DNA of 64,000 nt from positions 1 through 64,000 of IMG/VR virus record IMGVR_UViG_3300032163_000008, one strand, 5' to 3'. The translations under genes and the position numbers were made by a program. The notes below the pieces were generated by a model that saw only the letters and a list, made by a program, of their open reading frames with translations, searched no databases and was not told where the DNA came from. Below are positions 26,699 through 36,471 of this stretch, one piece after another (the stretch's first letter is position 1; every line of letters begins with the position of its first letter). Origin of the DNA: a virus.

Positions 26699-26713
26699 CC
26701 ATATAATTAGTAT

Positions 26714-28732
26714 ATGCGTCCTGGGTTACTCATAAAAAATGATCCACATAAAAAGGTTATACTACACGATGGTCTCCGTATCCACGTAGAATGGCTCAAA
26801 GGTTCTATACGATCATACAAAAATTCCGATTTTAAGAAGCTCATGCACGCCGATTATGGTTACATACACGATACCACAAGCCGTGACGGAGAGGACATTG
26901 ATGTATATGTAGGCTCTGATCAAGTTACAGAAAAAGTGTATAAAATAAAACAACTAAAGTCTGAGTATGAGGCTGAGAAGCAAGGTGGTACTGCTTATGA
27001 GTCTTTTGATGAATGGAAGTATATGCTTTTCTTTCCCTCAGCGAAGGCAGCAAAAGATTGTTATATAAAGTGTATGGATAAGAAACTTTTTGGCGGTATT
27101 GATGAGATGTCCTGGAGCACCTTTAAAGGGATAGTCACTCGCAGTAGACCAAAAGAACTATCTAAGGGGGTACAATTAAAAGAGAAACCCGAGTACAAGG
27201 AGACTAATATGGATGACGGCAAAATAGAGTTATGGTTAAAGGCAAAAACGTCTAGTATCATTATACCTCATAAGGATTTTACTCCTAAGAAACCCAAAAT
27301 AAACTTAAACCCTTTTAAAGCAAAAAAGGAATCTCCTGATACTATTATGCCTCTTTCGGCAGACCTAACAAAGAACCAGCACGATGACCTGAAGATAAAG
27401 AAGGGTAAGACTGTTGAGCGAAATTTTGATCCCAAAACTCACTACATAAATAGGGATGGTAAGGTTACTAAGAAGGTTCCCGCTGCCCAACGCATCGAGC
27501 AACTTTCGAGCCACGATCAAGTCGAGCATGCAAAAAATCCAGAAATAGAACTAAAGGATCCAGACCTTAATCCAAAAGGACATGAGGGTGGACCAGTTAA
27601 AGTTTTCAAATTAGAAAAGAGCGCACAGGAGGCTAACATGATAGAGTACAGAGATGGGAATAGTGAGATAGGTTACCAATTACTAGTAAAAAATGCTACA
27701 GACAGGGCTGAGCTTATCAAAACTAACTTCATGGAAGAGTTTACATACGAAGAGACTCCCTCTCAAGAGCTGTTTAAAGGCTGGTCAGAGGATCAAGAGT
27801 ATGGAGAATACCTATCAAAACGTAGAGGTAACATGGTAAAAGATGCTCCTATCTACAAGATGGCCGATTTAGAGCCGATTGAAGTCTCTCCAGAGCTTAT
27901 TGCTTTATATAAAGGGGATACTTTTGGTATTCCTTCTGAAGGTGAATTTGATCTAGTGGATTTCGTCAAGAATAGCCAATTAAGTGAGTTTGAAGGCTCC
28001 CCAGTGGCACAGCAAGACGCTGACCATCGAGCATTAGCGAAGATGGCTGAGCTATATAATGAGGTATGGACGCCTTTATTAAAGAAGGTTGCAGAAGAGC
28101 TTGAAGAAAAAGAAAAGAAAAAAGACGAGGACCTCGAAGATGTTGAAGTTGATTTAGATGGAGAGGACGAGGATACTCCTGAAGATGACACTATCGATGA
28201 AGCTGCAGATAAAGAGGATAAAGTAGACTTTAAGAAGGAACTTCATAAGGGTCTAACGGACCGTGGTGTTGTAGACGTTAACAAAGTTGAGCGCATATTT
28301 ATTAAGATGCTACTTGAGGGTGGAGAATCCGAATTACAGAAGAAATATGCAAGTTTTAGTAAGCTAGTCAGCAGACTCAAGAAGAGTACTGAGATGACCA
28401 GTGACCAAAAGCCCCAAGTGGTTAATGGTAATCCCGTTGCCAAGAAGTTTGACTCAAAGTCAAATACCAAAGCTACAATCATTCACAGAGCCCCTACAAA
28501 GAAGAAGGGTATTTCTGAGAGCGTTTTAAGTGATGAAGAAAAATATTTTTTCAGTCCTAAAAACCCAGATAATAAAGGGTTTAGAAAGTCTTTTGACGCA
28601 CTTTTAGAGCGTTTTGACGGCCTACAAAAGGATTATCAGCATACCACGAAGCCAAAAGGTAGACCCGTGGGCTCCAAAAATGCAGTAGTTAAACCTGAAG
28701 TTGAAAAGATTGAGGAGCAAAGGGAAGTATAG
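26714..28732 (+). CDS. large internal head protein with N-terminal inorganic-pyrophosphatase-like domain
   Basis: HADYGYIHDTTSRDGEDIDVYVG..FDEWKYML; many hydrophobic-x-K-[SAG] motifs. Confidence 0.7.
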   Translation: MRPGLLIKNDPHKKVILHDGLRIHVEWLKGSIRSYKNSDFKKLMHADYGYIHDTTSRDGEDIDVYVGSDQVTEKVYKIKQLKSEYEAEKQGGTAYESFDEWKYMLFFPSAKAAKDCYIKCMDKKLFGGIDEMSWSTFKGIVTRSRPKELSKGVQLKEKPEYKETNMDDGKIELWLKAKTSSIIIPHKDFTPKKPKINLNPFKAKKESPDTIMPLSADLTKNQHDDLKIKKGKTVERNFDPKTHYINRDGKVTKKVPAAQRIEQLSSHDQVEHAKNPEIELKDPDLNPKGHEGGPVKVFKLEKSAQEANMIEYRDGNSEIGYQLLVKNATDRAELIKTNFMEEFTYEETPSQELFKGWSEDQEYGEYLSKRRGNMVKDAPIYKMADLEPIEVSPELIALYKGDTFGIPSEGEFDLVDFVKNSQLSEFEGSPVAQQDADHRALAKMAELYNEVWTPLLKKVAEELEEKEKKKDEDLEDVEVDLDGEDEDTPEDDTIDEAADKEDKVDFKKELHKGLTDRGVVDVNKVERIFIKMLLEGGESELQKKYASFSKLVSRLKKSTEMTSDQKPQVVNGNPVAKKFDSKSNTKATIIHRAPTKKKGISESVLSDEEKYFFSPKNPDNKGFRKSFDALLERFDGLQKDYQHTTKPKGRPVGSKNAVVKPEVEKIEEQREV

Positions 28733-30040
28733 ATGCTCGAAGGAACTGGCTATCTGTCAAGGTCTTTTGCTAGTGCCCTGGATGCTCTTGAAGACATCAC
28801 AAAGGGATTAGATCATAGCCTACTCTTATCCGAAGATGAGATAAGAGAATCTATGCACGAGCCTGAGCACCAAGCTATCAATGTGAAGACAGAATCGGGA
28901 GGGTGGAAACCAGCTCGTAGTCCCCTTGAATATGACCCAGACCTAAAAGATCATCATATCGAGCACAATATAAACGATAATGCTACAAAACCTGGTAAAG
29001 CAAATAAGAAGGTTAAAGGTACAGATCTTTCTGAGCACATGAAAGTCTCTGTGACTCATAAGCCTCCCTTTAAGCAGCTTAAGGAATACCCAGTAAATGA
29101 AGCTATGAGGGATGCTAATAACAAGCATCAAGAAGAGAAATTACATAAAGGAGTGGAGAGCATGGACAACGACATTACAGATTACGACGCAAACACGGCA
29201 TATGTACAATATGTTATCGAGGAAAAGCTCAGCAGCCTTTATAAGGGTGTAGTCGTACCCTGCTTAGAAAATATTACTACTCCAGACTTTTATTTCATTG
29301 ACGAAATGAGAAAAGGCTTTATTTTAGCTGGGGTAGAAGATCTTGATGAAGTAGAAGAACTCTTTAAGAGTGCGCTTCTTGATGAGTACGAGGTTCTCTC
29401 TAAGAACTATGAGGGATTTGACCTCCTTGCTGAGGCTATAAGTGAAGATTTCTTTAAGAATGACGAGCCATCTTCTGGTATAGATAAATACCGATCAAAA
29501 TATGAACAACCAGGATTTACACCCCCTCCAGAAAAGGTTATAAAAGTTCCTGAAGCTGGTGGAAGAGGGCGTCCAGCTAAGCCCCTTACAGAGTCTGAGC
29601 ACGCTGATCAACGCAGAAACATTAAAAATGCCCTATTAAACGGACCTGCACCCAAAAATGAAAAGGGTGAGTACGATACAAAGAAAATGACTGAAGAGGG
29701 TAGAATAGGCCACGAGGATGCAAAATTTAAGCAACACAAGAAATCTAAAGACGACTCCTATAAAAAGGACCAGTCTAGCGTTATTATTGAGGGTAAGCAT
29801 TACAAATATGTAAAGCGTAAAGGGAGAGCGGGAGGCACAGAAGGCCAGACTCTTCAACAAATTATTGCTAGACACGAATCTGATAAGGCAAAACACGCAG
29901 CAAAAGCTAATACATTACCAAAAGCAACACCAGAGCAAGAAAAGTTTGTAGCGGATGCCAACGAAAGATATGCTAAAGCGCAAGAGCGAAAAGCGGCACA
30001 GCAAGCTAAGTTTGACTCAGGCTCAAAGAAATTCTTTTAA
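28733..30040 (+). CDS. putative internal head protein
   Basis: ITKG, LHKG, LYKG, MRKG, LFKS motifs; located upstream of protease. Confidence 0.7.
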   Translation: MLEGTGYLSRSFASALDALEDITKGLDHSLLLSEDEIRESMHEPEHQAINVKTESGGWKPARSPLEYDPDLKDHHIEHNINDNATKPGKANKKVKGTDLSEHMKVSVTHKPPFKQLKEYPVNEAMRDANNKHQEEKLHKGVESMDNDITDYDANTAYVQYVIEEKLSSLYKGVVVPCLENITTPDFYFIDEMRKGFILAGVEDLDEVEELFKSALLDEYEVLSKNYEGFDLLAEAISEDFFKNDEPSSGIDKYRSKYEQPGFTPPPEKVIKVPEAGGRGRPAKPLTESEHADQRRNIKNALLNGPAPKNEKGEYDTKKMTEEGRIGHEDAKFKQHKKSKDDSYKKDQSSVIIEGKHYKYVKRKGRAGGTEGQTLQQIIARHESDKAKHAAKANTLPKATPEQEKFVADANERYAKAQERKAAQQAKFDSGSKKFF

Positions 30041-30046
30041 TATAAC

Positions 30047-30967
30047 ATGCCAGTAGCAGCACTAAAGGGTATCGCCAAGAAAAATAAGACGTCCGTAAGG
30101 GCTGTTGAAAAGGATTGGAAAGAGGCTAAAGGTGTTGTAAAGGGTCAAAAGGGCACTGCAGAGGGTAATTGGGGTCTTGTCAACTTTATCACTCAGAAGA
30201 AAGCTCATGCACATGTTCTTGAGAAAAGCGATGAATTACTTAAGAGCATAGCTAAAGCAGAGTCTAAGAAGAAAAAGACAAAAGACGCAGACGAGCCTCT
30301 TACAGAGATCCCTGAAATTGATTTTGAGGAAGTTCTCGATGACTCTGAAGCATACAAGAAGGCTAAAGAAGAGACAAGTAATCCATCTCTATATCCTAAT
30401 ACACTACTCTTAAATGCTGATCGCGCCTATAGATACGGAGTTTATAGCGGAAAAATAGATCCTGATAACTTTGATCCTGATTACAGTGGGCAGACCGTAG
30501 ACAAGATGCTCAACAGAAAGTCCATAAAAGAGATCGCTATAGAGGATGATCAAGAAGTTAAGCATGAAATTAGGGACTCATATATACCCGCCACCGTTAT
30601 ACAGAGAATAAAAGAGAGAGATGCAGCTACACTAGATTTACCTAAAAAAGTTGATACAGATTCCCCAGAAGATGATGAGTCCGAAGATAAGACGGGTAAT
30701 AGAGGCCTTCAAAAGAGAGCGGCCCTTCCTGGAGGAGACTCAGGTCTAGCAGCTAAAGCTAAGTTTAAGGCCAAAGATGCTAACCCCCAAGAACTTAAAG
30801 AGGGTATTAAGTTTGAGAAAGAGCACTCAAGTGATCCAGCCGTAGAAGAGGAAATAGCTTTGGACCATATCTCAGAAGATCCTAAGTATTATGATAAACT
30901 GAAGACAATGGAAAAGCATTTGAAAACGTGGGACTCAATGACAAAGTCATGGGTTGAGGTATTTTAG
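30047..30967 (+). CDS. putative head protein with C-terminal DUF5661-like domain
   Basis: ELKEGIKFEKEH..EEIALDHISEDPKYYDKLKTME. Confidence 0.7.
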   Translation: MPVAALKGIAKKNKTSVRAVEKDWKEAKGVVKGQKGTAEGNWGLVNFITQKKAHAHVLEKSDELLKSIAKAESKKKKTKDADEPLTEIPEIDFEEVLDDSEAYKKAKEETSNPSLYPNTLLLNADRAYRYGVYSGKIDPDNFDPDYSGQTVDKMLNRKSIKEIAIEDDQEVKHEIRDSYIPATVIQRIKERDAATLDLPKKVDTDSPEDDESEDKTGNRGLQKRAALPGGDSGLAAKAKFKAKDANPQELKEGIKFEKEHSSDPAVEEEIALDHISEDPKYYDKLKTMEKHLKTWDSMTKSWVEVF

Positions 30968-31035
30968 ATAGTAAGGGTGTTTCTGCCCAAGGGGTAGAAG
31001 TAGATTAGCGCTCTGTATAATTAAGGAGAACAACC

Positions 31036-32619
31036 ATGACTGACACTTTTAATTTTGGATTTGATTTAGTAAAGGGAAAAGAAGAGGGGGGTAAACGATA
31101 CATTTATGGTATCGCGTCCTCAGAGAGTCCTGACCAAGCAAATGAGATCGTGGAAGCGGCTGGACTAAAGAAGTCTGCTGAATTCTTCATTAAAAAGGGT
31201 CTCATTGACTACGATCACCAAAGCCAGATTAAGAAAGATCCTTCCGCTATTATAGGTAAGCCTATGAATGTGCATTGGGATGACCAGAATCGCATGCATC
31301 TCAAAGCCGAGATATACAAAGGTGTAGCAAAAGCTGATGCAGTATGGGATCTCGTTAAAGCAGGAGCTCCACTTGGCTTAAGTGTCGGTGGTAAGGTTCT
31401 TGATAGATACCAAACCTATGATCCAAAATTAAACAAAAATGTAACCCGTGTTACCAGAGCTATGATCAATCACGTTGCCGTAACACCATTCCCTTGTAAT
31501 GAAGACACTATGGTAACTAATGAATCCTACGCATCCTTCTTCAAAAGCCTATCAACAGGCTCACGACTCTCAGAAGACGAGTTTGAAGACATACTAAAAA
31601 ATGAGGCGTGGGAAGATTCTGATAACCTACAAAAAGATATGGCTGCAATGGGTAATCCAGTGTCTGAAGGCTCCGGTGGAGTTCAACAAGGCGTTAATCC
31701 CATAGTACGACAGGATCTAGAAGCCCAACATAAAGTAGAGGGGGCTACACAAGAGGATAAAAAGAAAAAGAAGGTTGTCAAATTGAATAAACACACAGTC
31801 GAATTCGACGGCTCATATGTTACTATAAATACCACAGACAACTCAACGGACGTTATGGAAGATCGCGAGCTTGCTAAAGCAAGTGACGCAGACAAAGAAA
31901 AGATCGTTGAGTGCTATATCAACTTGGTTAAAGCTATGAGTGACGGCGACAAAGAAGCCGTAAATGTAGACTCTTTTCTTAAGAGTAGGGACCTAGACCG
32001 GTACGGCCGCAGAATTATTAAGAGGCATCTGGTTAAGAAGTTTTCGGAAGTGTTTAGTAATGACAATTTTGTTAAGAGCTTATACGCCGATTCCCCTCTA
32101 GGTCCCGATATCGCCAATGCTTATGTGAACCCTATGAGTGCCCCTTATAAGAAAGATGGTGTTATATATGGTGCTTATGAAGATCCTAGTTTTATCCCTG
32201 TGCACGTACCTTCTATACCTCTTACAGAAGAACTTACCTCCCAGAATCTAGACGTTAAGGTAAGAGACAGTATCCGTGGAGAAGCTGAAGCAGCTAACGA
32301 CGATCACAAAAAGTATATCCTAGACAGTATCAATAGAATTGATGCAAATACCCTTTCTGAAGCTGAAGCGTTGAAAAAGTTCAATGATGTCAGATCTAGT
32401 TATGGTAAGGAAGCACTTAAAGCAGCTAACTTCGCCAAGTTGTGGAAAGAAGACAAGTACGCCATACAAAGCGTTATTCGCGAGTTTGCTGAGATGATGA
32501 AGAAAGAGGTTGAAGGTGCGCTTAAAAATGCTGTAAGGCAGATAAAAGACCACGTAAATCCCGATCCTCGTGATACTCAGAACATCAAAGACTTTAGTCA
32601 GGTTCGCCCCATTCAGTAA
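31036..32619 (+). CDS. prohead protease with long C-terminal extension
   Basis: YIYGIASSESPDQANE, IDYDH, LGLSVGG, VAVTPFPCN; lies before scaffold and capsid. Confidence 0.88.
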   Translation: MTDTFNFGFDLVKGKEEGGKRYIYGIASSESPDQANEIVEAAGLKKSAEFFIKKGLIDYDHQSQIKKDPSAIIGKPMNVHWDDQNRMHLKAEIYKGVAKADAVWDLVKAGAPLGLSVGGKVLDRYQTYDPKLNKNVTRVTRAMINHVAVTPFPCNEDTMVTNESYASFFKSLSTGSRLSEDEFEDILKNEAWEDSDNLQKDMAAMGNPVSEGSGGVQQGVNPIVRQDLEAQHKVEGATQEDKKKKKVVKLNKHTVEFDGSYVTINTTDNSTDVMEDRELAKASDADKEKIVECYINLVKAMSDGDKEAVNVDSFLKSRDLDRYGRRIIKRHLVKKFSEVFSNDNFVKSLYADSPLGPDIANAYVNPMSAPYKKDGVIYGAYEDPSFIPVHVPSIPLTEELTSQNLDVKVRDSIRGEAEAANDDHKKYILDSINRIDANTLSEAEALKKFNDVRSSYGKEALKAANFAKLWKEDKYAIQSVIREFAEMMKKEVEGALKNAVRQIKDHVNPDPRDTQNIKDFSQVRPIQ

Positions 32620-32788
32620 ACTGTGGGGTATCATTCGGTCATATCACCGCTATAATTAGGTTGTTAGTAATAACATTATAAGGCTTGCCTGAAAAAGGTA
32701 GGTAACCTAAGGTCGAGCTGCTAGTAATAGCTCAAATATAACTGAACAAGTTGCAAAAAATTAAAGTAAAGGTAGGTGAAAAGTAAAG

Positions 32789-33754
32789 ATGAAAATTTTG
32801 GAAAGATTCATTAAGTCGTTAGGTGATGATCAGGAAGAACTGACACTTAACAAGGCGATTGATGATTCACAGAGCTCTATCGAGCGTATGTTGAACATTA
32901 TCGATGGTGCGAGTGAGTTAAATAAGTCAAACATTCCGGAGGAAGCAGACGCAAAGGCCGAAAAGGAAGCTGCGAACGCAACTGACAGTGTCTTTACGGT
33001 AGAAAAGAAAAGGGAAGATCAGGGAAAGGGTATTCAAAAGAGCCCAGACTCATCTGTTCCTGAGGAAGCTGACATTGCTGCAGAAGATGAAGCAGCAGAC
33101 GCAACCGACAAAGTATTTTCTGTCGAAAGAAAATTAGGTGAAACTCCTAAGTCTACGAAGCAAGCTGAGGTTCATCTTCGCAAATCCGATAAAAAGGAAG
33201 AAGAAGAGGAATTAGAGGATGTAGAAGAAGACGAAGAATGTGAAGAAGATGATGCTAAAGACGCTAAGAAAAAGGTCAAAAAAATTGAAGAAAAGTTAGA
33301 AAAAAGTTCCGATATGTACAAGAGTTCCGACTCTGACACAATGGAAATGTTCGACGTTTCTTTGCCTTTAGAAGAGCTCAAAAAAGCTATCGATTTCCTT
33401 GCTGAAGAAATCATTTCTCTGCGCAAAGGTCACGAAGTAATTCAAGACTCTATCTCGGCAATCGCTGAAGTAGAAGCAAAGGGTTTTATTCTCAACAAGA
33501 GTATCGCTTCTGCATTAGATGATCTAGGAAGTACACCAAACCAGCCAAAAGGCCAAGTTAGTGTATTCCACAAGTCATTTGATCAAGGTGATCAAGGTCT
33601 CCCATCAGTTCAAGAATTCTCTGACGTTATGTATAAAAGCATGATCGAAGGAAAAACTTCCGCAGACGTAGCTTCAAAGCTAATTGCGAATGCAGAAGCT
33701 TCTGGACAGGTTGATCCTTCTTATATGTCCTATTTCACACAGGCCAGTAAGTAG
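32789..33754 (+). CDS. acidic scaffold-like head assembly protein
   Basis: between protease and capsid; E/D/K-rich; 12 hydrophobic-x-K-[SAG] motifs. Confidence 0.75.
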   Translation: MKILERFIKSLGDDQEELTLNKAIDDSQSSIERMLNIIDGASELNKSNIPEEADAKAEKEAANATDSVFTVEKKREDQGKGIQKSPDSSVPEEADIAAEDEAADATDKVFSVERKLGETPKSTKQAEVHLRKSDKKEEEEELEDVEEDEECEEDDAKDAKKKVKKIEEKLEKSSDMYKSSDSDTMEMFDVSLPLEELKKAIDFLAEEIISLRKGHEVIQDSISAIAEVEAKGFILNKSIASALDDLGSTPNQPKGQVSVFHKSFDQGDQGLPSVQEFSDVMYKSMIEGKTSADVASKLIANAEASGQVDPSYMSYFTQASK

Positions 33755-33815
33755 TAGTTTTTAGTGTGTGTTAAGTTTGAAAAATTAAAACAATTGAAAG
33801 GAAGGTGAGAAAGAC

Positions 33816-35204
33816 ATGAGTAATATTTTAGGTGGCGTTTTAGGTGATTCTTTCGGAGTCCCAACTCAAGAGTTGAACGATCTCGCGAAAGCATTAGGAA
33901 CTGGTACAGCAAACACAAGTACATACGTACAAGGTGGAGCTCCTTTCCGCGTTCAGAGCTTAGAAGGAATTTTGAAGGTTGTAACGTATCAAGATAGAAA
34001 CATCGTCTTTTGGAAAGATATTCCTAAACTACAGGCTTTTAACACTGTAGAAGAATATAACCAATTAACATCGTACGGTTCTACAGGTAGTGGGTTCTTC
34101 AGTGAAGGAGGACTTCCAACCGAGGACGACAGTACTTATGTTCGTCAAACAGCTTTAGTGAAATTTATGGGTACAACTGGTGTCGTAACACATCCTTTAA
34201 CATTAGTGCGTTCTGCGCATGGTGATGTTATCGGTCGTGAAGCGAAGAACAGAACTCTGTGGCTGTTACAGAGAGTAGAAGAAGCACTTTTCGGTGGTAA
34301 TTCTGCAATTAATCCATTCGCATTTGATGGTTTAGAAAAGCAAGTTGTTACTGCTAATGCAGCTTCACAACTTCAAGAAAACGTAATTGACCTTCGTGGT
34401 GCTGCACTTGATGAAGAGACAAGTGAAAATCTATCTCGCGTCGTTGCAGACAACTTCGGTACTCTTACAACTCTATATGCTGGAAACAAAGTCCTTACAG
34501 ACCTTTCCAAGCAGATTCTTCCAAATGGTCGTTTCAGTCTACCTTACGGTGACAAAGAAGGACGTCTTGGATACAGAGTTCGCTTTTTTGATTCGCAGGT
34601 TGGTTCCTACGAATTGAAGCCAAACGTATTCCTTAAAGCAGGCGGACCTTGTCCTACTGTTGCAGACGCTGGTACATCAGCTACAGGAACAATCGTAAAC
34701 CCACTACTCGTTGGTGGTATTGCTAAGTCAGCTATTACACAAACATCACAGTTTACTGCTGGTGCAACGTACAGCTACAGAATCAGTTCCATTGGTGCAG
34801 CCGGAGAAACAGTTCCTAGTGGTCAACTCGCTCAAGCAGTTGCAGGTAGCACAGAATGTGTACAACTTGTAATTACTAACGTGACTGGTGCTACAGGATA
34901 CAAGGTTTACCGCGCTCCTGCTGGTACAACAACTGGTCATCTACTTATGACAACAATTCCTGCTACTGTTGGAGCAACAACAACTTTCGTTGATGCTAAC
35001 GCAGATCTTCCAGGAACGTCAAAAGCATATGGCGTAATGATCGATCCAGACCAAGGTCTAGCTTTCAAACAGTTAGCTCCTTTGATGAAGATGGATCTTG
35101 CAACAGTTGCTGCAAGCTATCGTTTTATGGTTCTTCTTTATGGTGTACCGATTGTTTACAGTCCTCTTAAACAGGTTGTAATTAAGAATATCGGGAATCT
35201 ATAG
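33816..35204 (+). CDS. major capsid protein (SPO1/Twort-like)
   Basis: LAKALGTG..GGAPFRVQSLE..FWKDIPK..TVEEY..FFSEGG..FDGLEK; FN3-like insertion YKVYR. Confidence 0.9.
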   Translation: MSNILGGVLGDSFGVPTQELNDLAKALGTGTANTSTYVQGGAPFRVQSLEGILKVVTYQDRNIVFWKDIPKLQAFNTVEEYNQLTSYGSTGSGFFSEGGLPTEDDSTYVRQTALVKFMGTTGVVTHPLTLVRSAHGDVIGREAKNRTLWLLQRVEEALFGGNSAINPFAFDGLEKQVVTANAASQLQENVIDLRGAALDEETSENLSRVVADNFGTLTTLYAGNKVLTDLSKQILPNGRFSLPYGDKEGRLGYRVRFFDSQVGSYELKPNVFLKAGGPCPTVADAGTSATGTIVNPLLVGGIAKSAITQTSQFTAGATYSYRISSIGAAGETVPSGQLAQAVAGSTECVQLVITNVTGATGYKVYRAPAGTTTGHLLMTTIPATVGATTTFVDANADLPGTSKAYGVMIDPDQGLAFKQLAPLMKMDLATVAASYRFMVLLYGVPIVYSPLKQVVIKNIGNL

Positions 35205-35231
35205 AATTTAGAATCTTAGGTTAGTTTCTTG

Positions 35232-35260
35232 GAGGGCCCCGAAAGGGGCCCTCTTCGTTT
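35232..35260 (+). terminator. intrinsic terminator after capsid gene
   Basis: gagggcccc-gaaa-ggggccctc + ttcgttt. Confidence 0.85.
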
Positions 35261-35387
35261 GTAAAGTACTATTTTTTTCCATTACAGTCTAATGTATGTT
35301 CATTCCGATTACCAAGTCTAATACTGTAAGTACTCCTACACCCTCTCCCAGTGAGGATGAGGAATTTATTATCATGGAGGAAGCAAA

Positions 35388-35633
35388 ATGAGTGAATGTA
35401 GCTGTGAGACCTGTATAATGGGAAGACGTAAGCGAGATATAGTTGCTACTCTAGAGAAGGAACCTATAACTCCTGGCGTATTAAAATTAGTGGTAGATCT
35501 TATTGAGGAGTTAGGAGAGCTCTGGATAAATGAGGGATTTGAGGCAGATTGTCAAAAATGGGCTAAAGAACAAAGAGAGGCTCTGCTGGATAAGCACGGT
35601 ATCGTGTGGAGAGGTACAGGCGTGTTAGGGTAA
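35388..35633 (+). CDS. hypothetical protein
   Basis: GGAGG RBS; CSCETC N-terminus. Confidence 0.65.
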   Translation: MSECSCETCIMGRRKRDIVATLEKEPITPGVLKLVVDLIEELGELWINEGFEADCQKWAKEQREALLDKHGIVWRGTGVLG

Positions 35634-35655
35634 TATTACCCACGACAATTAAGAT

Positions 35656-36318
35656 ATGAACTCAATACTAGATCAATTAGATGGAGATGAGGCTCAAAGA
35701 GCCTTCCAAGAGGGAGGAATATACCTTGCTCGTCTCGATAGCAATAATGAGCCCATGGAAGAAACCTTTGTACCTTTTCAGGGAGGCATTGTTAGGTATC
35801 CCGACGTACTTACACTTCACACAGATTTCCCTGAGAGAGATTATAAACTGTCTCGTCCTGAGAGGATCGGGGATATTGTGATGATTCAGCCCGATGGTAG
35901 CAAAAAGATAATCAGCCAGGAACAGCTTGATGGTGTGATAAAGGCTAAATGTGTGGAGGCTCTTCCGAAAAGTACTCCCGACGTGTCTATATTTGAATTT
36001 GGGCTCGTATCAGCTCTAGACACGCTCAGGCTACGGTACAGTATTGACCCAATCAAGGTTTATGAGGGTTACATTGGAAATAGTTTCTATAGAATACACA
36101 TAAACCACGAGGTAAAGAATACTTTTATAGCCTTTAATAAGGGGACTGTAATGGATGTATTACTTGTGGCAGAGCTTTGTGCGATGTGTAGTGACTATTG
36201 CAGCGCTATGAAATATGAATTTAAGATAGGAGATTATTATGAGGACAGAACAAGTGAACCTGAGACTACCGAAAGAGCAGATTCAGGCACTCAAGGTGAT
36301 AGCAGCAAAACTAAGTAG
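35656..36318 (+). CDS. hypothetical protein
   Basis: 220 aa ORF. Confidence 0.7.
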   Translation: MNSILDQLDGDEAQRAFQEGGIYLARLDSNNEPMEETFVPFQGGIVRYPDVLTLHTDFPERDYKLSRPERIGDIVMIQPDGSKKIISQEQLDGVIKAKCVEALPKSTPDVSIFEFGLVSALDTLRLRYSIDPIKVYEGYIGNSFYRIHINHEVKNTFIAFNKGTVMDVLLVAELCAMCSDYCSAMKYEFKIGDYYEDRTSEPETTERADSGTQGDSSKTK

Positions 36319-36397
36319 TGAGGTTGGTGGGAGGCTATCCTACCAAGATGTTATTCGTCTAGTTTTACAAGAAAAGTTTGAAGCTGAGATACAATAG
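36239..36397 (+). CDS. ribbon-helix-helix (CopG/Arc-like) DNA-binding protein
   Basis: MRTEQVNLRLPKEQIQALKVIAAKLSSEVGGRLSYQDVIRLVLQEKFEAEIQ; AGGAG RBS; not in ORF track. Confidence 0.7.
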   Translation: MRTEQVNLRLPKEQIQALKVIAAKLSSEVGGRLSYQDVIRLVLQEKFEAEIQ

Positions 36398-36471
36398 TGG
36401 TAGTAATATCATATAACCCTCCTCTATAATTAGGACAGAGCCTTAGGGCAAAATATATAGGAGGAAGAAAA

